Origin: an uncultured bacterium
GTDB lineage: Bacteria > Abyssobacteria > SURF-5
NCBI GenBank assembly: GCA_964510165.1
Contig: CAZEBC010000110.1
Span: forward strand, 1 to 13,379
DNA: 13,379 bases
Reading direction: 5' to 3'
Under the pieces are notes generated by a model. It had not been told where the DNA came from. It did not search any database and saw nothing but the letters and a program-made list of their open reading frames with translations. How positions within the stretch are numbered: the first letter of the stretch is position 1; each line of letters starts with the position of its first letter. Shown here piece by piece: positions 1 through 6,217 of this stretch. The position numbers and the translations under genes are program-made.

Positions 1-2
1 AG

Positions 3-119
3 GACAGGAGGCGGTTCACGGTCACGGAGAAGGGGATCGTGGTGATCCCGAAGGGGGCGGTGCTTGAGCCTGCGCGGGCGGCGATGCCGATAGCGGCGTT
101 GAGCGTGAGGCTGGCGTGA
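3..119 (+). CDS. glgC: 3' end of probable glucose-1-phosphate adenylyltransferase (partial, starts before the window)
   Basis: Manual translation of frame 3 gives DRRRFTVTEKGIVVIPKGAVLEPARAAMPIAALSVRLA then TGA at 117-119. DxxRFTVTExGIVVIPKG matches the typical GlgC C-terminus. Only 38 residues are visible. Confidence 0.75.
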   Translation, partial: DRRRFTVTEKGIVVIPKGAVLEPARAAMPIAALSVRLA

Positions 120-132
120 AATCGGAACTCCA

Positions 133-169
133 ACCACCAAGGCGCCAACGACACAAAGAAAGCGCGAAG
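133..169. repeat. Degenerate short-period purine/C-rich repeat tract between convergent stop codons
   Basis: accaccaag-gcgccaacg-acacaaag-aaagcgcgaag: four imperfect units of about 8-11 nt ending in AAG/ACG, with no T anywhere on the + strand. Confidence 0.4.
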
Positions 170-176
170 AGGGGGA

Positions 177-1625
177 TTAGTCTTCGGGTTTTTGCACCTT
201 TATCCTGACAGTGACGGCGGGGGACCTCTGGTCTCCAAACGTGGCGCCTTCGGGCAGGATGAGCTTCGGGGTAAGGGTGACGGTTTCCGTTATTTTGCTC
301 AGGTCGATCGGCTCGGTGAGCACCTTGAGCGAGCCGCCTTGCAGCTTGCTCGAGACTTTGGCCGATATCACCTCGGGCGAGACGATGATCTGCTCGAGCT
401 TGAGGGGGTTCGGCAGTTTTCCCGATGTCTGCACCTTGACGGGAAGATTGAAGGACACCAACTGGTAGGCGGCGAACCTGATTGTATCGGGCGCGAGTTC
501 GACGACGGTGAGGCTTGACGGGCGCCGGACCATGTCTCGACTGAGGTGAATCTGCTGGGTGCCTTCCTTGACGTTGGACATATCTATAGTCAGCTTCAGC
601 GTGGCTTCGTCGAGCAGGTCGAATGCGCGCACTCTGCCGAGGAGGGTGACCGTGGCCTGGTTGGGTTTCGGCTCCTCGATGGACCAGTTGGAGGCGAGGT
701 TTCGGTATTCGATGGGGACCGTGAAATCCCGGCGGACCGTGCCTGTCTGGTAGACGAAGAAGAACCACAGCGCACACGCAAGCACTATGGCCACCGCTTT
801 TTCCCACCAGTTTTCGCGGACCCACTCCTGCCATTTCGTGATATCCCTGACCGGGAATTTTTCCACATAGAACCGCTCGATGGCGGCCTGAAGCCGGGCG
901 GGGTCCTTGACCTCTTTGAGCTTCTCGTCGCGCGCGAGGGAGATCACGCCGCGCTCTTCGGATACGACGATGCAGAGCGCGTCGGACCGCTCCGCCAGCC
1001 CGAGCGCGGCGCCGTGCCGGGTTCCGAGGTTGCCGAGCTTCTTGACATCTGTGGAGAGCGGCAGGTGGCACGCGAATTTGCGGATGCGTCCGCGTTCGAT
1101 GACGACGGCGCCGTCGTGGCCGAGTGAATGCGGGTCGAAGATGCTCTTGAGGAGAGCCTCGCTGACGAGGCCGTCAAGCTCGAAGCCGCCTTCCAGGTGC
1201 CGGTCGAGGGGGTCCTTGCCGCGCAGGACGATGAGCGCGCCGATGTGAGCGTTGGCGAACTCGGCGAGCGTTCGGATGAGCACCTCGATTTCGGGCGGGC
1301 CGTTGAGCTTCTCGCTTCGGGTGCGGAGAGCGGTCCAGAGGCTAATTCGTTCGAAGAAGAGCCTGAGTTCCTCCTGAAAAATGACCACCATTGCGATTAT
1401 CAGGATGGCGAAGAACGCACGCAGCACGACCGCTGACAAGTACATGTTGAAGAAGCGGGCTATCAGGTACACGATTCCGAGAACGAGGATGCCGATCAGC
1501 ACGAACCTTGAGGCGGTGGTCTCGAACCAGACCAGCAAGGCGTAGATCATCAGGGAAATCAGTGCTATATCAAAGAAATCGGCAACCCTGAATGTTTGCA
1601 GGAGCTCTGAGAGAGATTGAGACAT
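177..1625 (-). CDS. cdaA: Membrane-bound diadenylate cyclase (CdaA/DacA, DisA_N domain) fused to a TM helix and YbbR/CdaR-like domains
   Basis: Three N-terminal hydrophobic helices ending in VVIFQEELR, then DAC motifs IGALIV, HDGAVVI, CHLPLS, LGTRHGAALG and IVVSEERG. A further TM segment (KAVAIVLACALWFFFV) resembles the CdaR N-terminus and is followed by beta-rich YbbR-like repeats (VPIEYRNL..VTLLG..IDMS; LPVKVQTSG..VSPEVI..TEPIDLS). ATG at 1625 preferred over TTG at 1631. Confidence 0.9.
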   Translation of the reverse strand: MSQSLSELLQTFRVADFFDIALISLMIYALLVWFETTASRFVLIGILVLGIVYLIARFFNMYLSAVVLRAFFAILIIAMVVIFQEELRLFFERISLWTALRTRSEKLNGPPEIEVLIRTLAEFANAHIGALIVLRGKDPLDRHLEGGFELDGLVSEALLKSIFDPHSLGHDGAVVIERGRIRKFACHLPLSTDVKKLGNLGTRHGAALGLAERSDALCIVVSEERGVISLARDEKLKEVKDPARLQAAIERFYVEKFPVRDITKWQEWVRENWWEKAVAIVLACALWFFFVYQTGTVRRDFTVPIEYRNLASNWSIEEPKPNQATVTLLGRVRAFDLLDEATLKLTIDMSNVKEGTQQIHLSRDMVRRPSSLTVVELAPDTIRFAAYQLVSFNLPVKVQTSGKLPNPLKLEQIIVSPEVISAKVSSKLQGGSLKVLTEPIDLSKITETVTLTPKLILPEGATFGDQRSPAVTVRIKVQKPED

Positions 1626-1660
1626 CTTCAATTACCCATATGCGCAAGGACACGGCCGCA

Positions 1661-1683
1661 GTCACGCCCCGGCGTCACGCCCC
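1661..1683. repeat. Perfect 10-bp direct repeat GTCACGCCCC x2 upstream of cdaA
   Basis: gtcacgcccc at 1661-1670 and 1674-1683 with a 3-nt spacer, in the divergent intergenic region. Confidence 0.6.
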
Positions 1684-1783
1684 CACAAACCATCTGGGCG
1701 CCGCGAGTGGTTTGCGCCTACGCACTTCTAGAATAGCATAAAACTTTCGGTTCGTATAGAATGTTTTTCGAATTGGGAGCGCG

Positions 1784-2806
1784 ATGGATGCTGGCAGCTT
1801 GACATCTTCGATGATATTGACAAATTGCCCTTTATGCGAGTCGGGCAGCTATGAGAAAGTGTTGACGGGATGCGACCGCATGCTGGGCAAGCCGGGGGAG
1901 TTCTGCCTCGTCAGATGTTCCGATTGCGGGCTGCATTATCTGAATCCGCGCCCCGCGGAGGCGGCCGAGTATTACGGCGAGGGCTATCAGCCTCATATAG
2001 ACGGCGTTCCGAAGGTGCGAAGCAGGCCTCGGCGCGTGTTCCGACGGCTCAAGGAGGATACGGAGTTGGCGGTCTTGCGGAATTGGCTGGGGTATCCTCC
2101 TTCAACGGGAAAGCGTTTCTGGAAAAAGGCGCTGCTTCTGCCGTTCTTCATTCGGTTCAAGCTGCATGAGAGGAACTGGGGCAAGCTGCCGTATGAGGGA
2201 AGTGGCGAAATACTCGATGTCGGCTGCGGGACGGGCCGCTATCTGGAGTGGATGCGCGAGAAGGGATGGAAGGCGAACGGCATCGACATGTCCGAGGCGG
2301 CGGTGGAGAAGGCGCGCCAAAAAGGGCTCGACGCAAGGGCAGGCGATCTTCTGGACGGCTCGCCGTGGGCGAAGGGGTCATTCGATGTCGTTACGATGTG
2401 GGACGTAATCGAGCATCTCTCGGCGCCTGCGCCGACGCTCCGCGTGATACACGGGCTTCTCCGGCCGGGGGGTCGGCTCCTCGTAGCCACTCCCAACATT
2501 GACAGCGTTCCCGCCAGGCTGTTTGGGACCTATTGGATGCCGCTGGAGATGCCGCGCCACCTGATGTGTTTTTCGCCGAGCACCATCAAAGGACTGCTTG
2601 AGAAAACCGGTTTTCGCGTGGAGTGCATACGATTTCGCCGCCGGGGAACGGGAATTGCGGACAGTGTGCCTTATCTACCGGAAGGCAGGCTGAAATCGTT
2701 GTGCGGAATTCTTCGGGCGAAGCGTGTCCGCAAGCTGGCCGGGACAGTTCTCGCGCTCGCGCATCAGTCAGACGAGATGGTTGTGTTCGCGCGGAAGGAG
2801 GGCTAG
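1784..2806 (+). CDS. Class I SAM-dependent methyltransferase with N-terminal Cys4 zinc-ribbon
   Basis: CPLC...CSDCGLHYLNPRP N-terminal motif, motif I ILDVGCGTG, GIDMS, FDVVTMWDVIEHL, LRPGGRLLVATPN, PRHLMCFSP. GGGAG precedes ATG 1784; ATG 1811 is an alternative start. Confidence 0.92.
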   Translation: MDAGSLTSSMILTNCPLCESGSYEKVLTGCDRMLGKPGEFCLVRCSDCGLHYLNPRPAEAAEYYGEGYQPHIDGVPKVRSRPRRVFRRLKEDTELAVLRNWLGYPPSTGKRFWKKALLLPFFIRFKLHERNWGKLPYEGSGEILDVGCGTGRYLEWMREKGWKANGIDMSEAAVEKARQKGLDARAGDLLDGSPWAKGSFDVVTMWDVIEHLSAPAPTLRVIHGLLRPGGRLLVATPNIDSVPARLFGTYWMPLEMPRHLMCFSPSTIKGLLEKTGFRVECIRFRRRGTGIADSVPYLPEGRLKSLCGILRAKRVRKLAGTVLALAHQSDEMVVFARKEG

Positions 2807-3183
2807 CCGCACTCCCGGCTGTAATGCTTATTTCCCACGTATGCTTCGAGAAAAGTTGAAGCGGGTATCGATAGGTGAAAGAGGACATCGCCGATTCGCT
2901 CGATTTGGGTTATGTTATATCCCACGCGCACGTACTCGATGAGCACGACCACGCAGACCCAAAGGAATATCCGCTCTCCGATTCTGTATCCGAGCCAGCA
3001 CCCGCCAAGAAACCGGCTCGCAACCATGCAAGTTGCGAACACCCACGCGCCCCAAGGCCAACGCGTATCGAGTCATGAAGCTTTCCAAGCTGCCGGCGTC
3101 CGCATCCCGAGCCGCGTCACAACGCTGGAGTAAAGAGTGCACTGGAGAAATGTAGTGCCGAGAGCTTTTTCTGTCTCTGTAAG
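2803..3183 (-). pseudogene. Possible degenerate small membrane protein gene (open 2803-3072, in-frame TGA at 3073-3075, frame open again to 3183)
   Basis: Frame reads ...AAWKAS*LDTRWPWGAWVFATCMVASRFLGGCWLGYRIGERIFLWVCVVVLIEYVRVGYNITQIERIGDVLFHLSIPASTFLEAYVG..., with 2-3 hydrophobic stretches. Its stop overlaps the methyltransferase stop in CTAG 2803-2806. No recognisable family. Confidence 0.35.
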
Positions 3184-3192
3184 TCATTGATA
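3180..3192 (-). promoter_or_regulatory. IHF-consensus site within an imperfect 25-bp palindrome (3180-3204)
   Basis: Minus strand TATCAAtgacTTA matches WATCARNNNNTTR exactly. It lies in taagt-cattgataccattca-actta, in AT-rich DNA. Confidence 0.45.
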
Positions 3193-3221
3193 CCATTCAA
3201 CTTAATTTTTCAAACTGTCGA

Positions 3222-3262
3222 AAATCAGTCTTACTCTAACTGATTTATCAGAAAGAAAGCAA
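3222..3262 (-). promoter_or_regulatory. Candidate sigma70-type promoter with overlapping 8-bp inverted repeat (possible operator)
   Basis: Minus strand TTGCTT (3262-3257), 18 nt, TAGAGT (3238-3233). AAATCAGT (3222-3229) and ACTGATTT (3239-3246) form a perfect inverted repeat flanking the -10. Confidence 0.4.
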
Positions 3263-3342
3263 GTTTTCTATTCAAAAGGGGAGATGTTTGGTCTGCTATT
3301 TTCAGTTAAGGAAATCTATCCGCGTCCGCGGCGATTCACCGC

Positions 3343-3411
3343 ATCTGCGAAAATCTGCGCAATCTGCGGATAGCCCGTCAAAAGAATCCGTGGAATCTGT
3401 GAAATCTGTGG
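3343..3411. repeat. Two triplets of an ATCYGYG repeat with 9-10 nt period
   Basis: ATCTGCG at 3343, 3353 and 3362; ATCCGTG at 3386; ATCTGTG at 3395 and 3404. A related ATCCGCG lies at 3318. Confidence 0.85.
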
Positions 3412-3440
3412 TTTCTCCCCTCCCGCGGCGACTTGCCGCA

Positions 3441-4571
3441 TCATTTCACTCCGTACGTGATCCGGTAAATCGCGCCGGCGCGGTCGTCGGAGACGAGCAT
3501 TGAGCCGTCGGGCATGATGAGCACATCCACCGGCCTGCCCCATGCGCGCCCGCCTTGAAGCCAGCCCTCGGCGAACGTCTCGTAGCTGACCGCGCGCGAG
3601 CCCTCGAGCCGCACCAGCGTCACGCGGTACCCGATCGGCGTCGTGCGGTTCCATGAGCCGTGCTCAGCGATGAATATCTGGTTGCGATATTCCTTGGGAA
3701 ACATGTCGCCGGTGTAGAAGCGCATGCCGAGCGACGCCACGTGCGGACCCAGCTTCATCGCGGGCGGCGCGAACTCCTCGCAGCCGCGCAACCTGCCGAA
3801 TTCGGGGTCGGAGATCTCGCCCGCGTGGCAGAAGGGATAACCGAAATGCAGCCCCTTCTGCGGGGCGCGGTTCAATTCATCCGGCGGCCTGTCATCGCCC
3901 AGCCAGTCGCGTCCGTTGTCGGTGAACCACAGTTCGCGCGTCTCCGGATGCCAGTCAAAGCCGACGGTGTTTCGTACCCCTCTCGCGAAAATTTCCACGG
4001 CGCTCCCGTCGGGCTTCATCCGGGTGATAGAGGCGTAGATCTCGTTGTCGGGATTGCAGATGTTGCAGGGCGCGCCGACGGGCACATACAGCCAGCCGTC
4101 CGGCCCGAACGCGATGAACTTCCAGCCATGATGTTCGTCGGTGGGGAAGGAGTCGTTGACGACCACCGGCTTCGGCGGGTTATTCAGGTTGTCCTCGATG
4201 TCGTCATACCTCAGCACGCGGCTGACCTCGGCCACGTAGAGCGCGCCGTCGCGCACAGCCACTCCGTTAGGCATGTGCATGTCCTTCGCGATGGTAATGA
4301 CCTCATCGACGCGGTAATCCTTATCCTTGTCGAGTACGGCATAAACGTTTCCCTCGGTGCGCGTGCCTACAAAGAGGACACCGGTCGGGCTGAGCGTCAT
4401 CGAGCGGGCATTCGGTATGTTCTCGGCGAAGATGCCGATCTCGAACCCAGGCGGCAGCTTGATGGTTTGGAGCGGCAGCCCGTTGGTCTTCATTTCGCCG
4501 GCAGGGGAAATGCCTGAGCACGCCAGCATGGAGACGACAATCGGTGTCAAAAGGGTCAATCGCTTGAACAT
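3441..4571 (-). CDS. Secreted glucose/L-sorbosone dehydrogenase family protein (PQQ-dependent sugar dehydrogenase-like beta-propeller)
   Basis: Signal peptide MFKRLTLLTPIVVSMLACSG; family motifs LPPGFEIGIFA, HHGWKFIAFGPDGWLYVPVGAPCNIC, ARGVRNTVGFDWHP, WFTDNGRDWLGDDRPPDELN, HGSWNR, GRPVDV..DGSMLVSDD. Strong SD GAGGTG before ATG. Confidence 0.93.
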   Translation of the reverse strand: MFKRLTLLTPIVVSMLACSGISPAGEMKTNGLPLQTIKLPPGFEIGIFAENIPNARSMTLSPTGVLFVGTRTEGNVYAVLDKDKDYRVDEVITIAKDMHMPNGVAVRDGALYVAEVSRVLRYDDIEDNLNNPPKPVVVNDSFPTDEHHGWKFIAFGPDGWLYVPVGAPCNICNPDNEIYASITRMKPDGSAVEIFARGVRNTVGFDWHPETRELWFTDNGRDWLGDDRPPDELNRAPQKGLHFGYPFCHAGEISDPEFGRLRGCEEFAPPAMKLGPHVASLGMRFYTGDMFPKEYRNQIFIAEHGSWNRTTPIGYRVTLVRLEGSRAVSYETFAEGWLQGGRAWGRPVDVLIMPDGSMLVSDDRAGAIYRITYGVK

Positions 4572-4656
4572 GGGTCACCTCTCGGGCGAAGTGGATTGTG
4601 CTTGGACACTCCAAACTATTACCAAATGCGCACGCACGCGCAAGCGAAGCGACCGC

Positions 4657-6216
4657 TCAGATTTCCGGCTCGCTAATGAGAAAGAAACTGATCGTCTCGA
4701 TCTTCACGAACGGGCCGAACGACCGAATGAGCTCGAATGCGTCCGCTCTTACGGGAAAAGCAGGCGTGAAAAAATGCGGGTTCGGGGGATTATGAACATA
4801 CACCGCATCCCCGAGCTTCAGCCCGCACTGTGTCCGTGCGACGGGCGTTACGTCCGATTGCGGACCGGCCAGTGGAAGCGCCGAGAATGAGAACACCCGG
4901 TCGCTGCTCCTCAGGAGTTGCCGGCCTTCTTGCGAAGAGCGCGAGCCGCGCAGCAGCAACGCGGCGTTTTCCGCATAATAGTAGAAAAGCGGCCGGTAAT
5001 TGAGATAGAACGACTCATCAACCAGCACGACGGGCCGTTCATATCCCCGCAGAAGCTTGCCCACTTGCTCCATCTCGCCAAATCCATATTTGCAGCCGAT
5101 CAGTTGATAGGCGGAGAGCAGGAACGCCGTTCCCAAGGCGACACCCAACAGGCTCGAATACAGCCGGCGAGACATCCTGGTTGAAAGCTCCGTGAAGCTC
5201 ATCGCGAGAAACGGTGTCATCCCGAAGAAATAATAACTGTGTCTGTGGAGGATAAGATAGAAAAGCGAGAAACAACCTATCAAAAGCGCAATCAGGAGCT
5301 TCGCGTGACTCCTATTCCTCAGCATGAGCGCCAGTCCCGCGAGCGCGCCCGCGAGAAACAGCGGCGAGCATCCCCAGAACATCTCGCTGATGATGAAGCT
5401 CAGCATGAAGCCGGAGGGCAGGCTGGCCTTGCTGGCCGACCCGCGAAGCTGCGAGTCGAGCGCGGCGGCGGGGTCCCGAAGCAAATGATATCCATAAAAC
5501 GAACCGATGAACAGTCCCCCGAGCACGAGGAACAGAATAAAATCGCCCTTGAAAAGGCGGCGCCAATTCTTCTCAAGAACCTCCCAAAGGATGATCGCGG
5601 CCACCGGCAGGATAGCAAACTGTTTCGCAAGCATCGCCAAGCCCAATAACACGCCCGCCGCCGCCATTTCGCGCAACTTCCCGGTTCGCCGTGCCCGCAC
5701 GTAGAAATATACCGAAAACAACGAGAGCGGCAAATAGATGATATCGGCCATCACGTTCCTGCCCAATATCAGAAAGATCGGGCTTGAAGCATAGAGAGCC
5801 GCCGCTTCCAGACCGGTGTGTTTGCCCAGCAGTTCTCCGGACAGGAGACACACCGCGGCGATAGATGCAACGGCAAACGCAGCGGGAACCAGCCGCGCCG
5901 CCAGTTCGGTCTGTCCAAAGACGGAGAAGCTTGCGAACACCAGGTACGAAAGTAGTGGAGGCACGCCGAGGCCGACCGTCGCATTATCGTAATCGGTTGG
6001 CATGAGCAGAGAGTGCGAGAAGTAGTTTCGGGCGATTGCCGCGTAGCCTGCTTCCTGAAATCCGTGGAAGCCTCCGAACGGCTCGCCGAGCGCGAAAAGC
6101 AGCAGGCCGACATCAAGTGCGATGATGAGAAACAGTAAAACGGTGAGCCACGACCGCTCGCTCACGCTCGAGCGCCCCACTTTCTCCAGGTTCTCCATCA
6201 AGCCAGATGCCCCCAC
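4657..6216 (-). CDS. ArnT/PMT-like (GT-C fold) integral membrane glycosyltransferase
   Basis: About 10-12 hydrophobic segments; QEAGYAAIARN (DE-like loop), PPLLSYL, FGQTELAARLVPA, MADI, GVLLGLAMLAKQ, HSYYF; soluble C-terminal tail. Start uncertain (GTG 6216 or ATG 6198). Confidence 0.85.
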   Translation of the reverse strand: MGASGLMENLEKVGRSSVSERSWLTVLLFLIIALDVGLLLFALGEPFGGFHGFQEAGYAAIARNYFSHSLLMPTDYDNATVGLGVPPLLSYLVFASFSVFGQTELAARLVPAAFAVASIAAVCLLSGELLGKHTGLEAAALYASSPIFLILGRNVMADIIYLPLSLFSVYFYVRARRTGKLREMAAAGVLLGLAMLAKQFAILPVAAIILWEVLEKNWRRLFKGDFILFLVLGGLFIGSFYGYHLLRDPAAALDSQLRGSASKASLPSGFMLSFIISEMFWGCSPLFLAGALAGLALMLRNRSHAKLLIALLIGCFSLFYLILHRHSYYFFGMTPFLAMSFTELSTRMSRRLYSSLLGVALGTAFLLSAYQLIGCKYGFGEMEQVGKLLRGYERPVVLVDESFYLNYRPLFYYYAENAALLLRGSRSSQEGRQLLRSSDRVFSFSALPLAGPQSDVTPVARTQCGLKLGDAVYVHNPPNPHFFTPAFPVRADAFELIRSFGPFVKIETISFFLISEPEI

Positions 6217-6217
6217 G

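Noticed and set aside
22..1071. 349-aa alternative-frame ORF on the minus strand
   Set aside because: Arg/Pro/Gly-rich, no motifs, overlaps cdaA out of frame; typical GC-rich shadow ORF.
1632..1783. Possible c-di-AMP (ydaO) riboswitch upstream of cdaA
   Set aside because: I could not find the conserved GCUGAAUCC/GGGGAA elements on the minus strand.
3073..3075. In-frame TGA as selenocysteine or recoded stop
   Set aside because: No redox motif context or identifiable SECIS hairpin; several clear genes in the window use TGA as stop.
3125..3165. Tandem CTGGAG...AGTGC units faintly resembling a glycine riboswitch
   Set aside because: Lacks the GAAG and CUCUCAGG core elements and has no downstream gene on the + strand.
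2915..3196. 93-aa minus-strand ORF starting at ATG 3196
   Set aside because: No SD, no motifs, Arg-rich C-terminal half overlapping the more protein-like hydrophobic frame; at most the 5' part of a frameshifted pseudogene.
3343..3411. Possible CRISPR array
   Set aside because: Units are 7 nt with 2-3 nt gaps; no 23-47 nt repeats with unique spacers and no cas genes.
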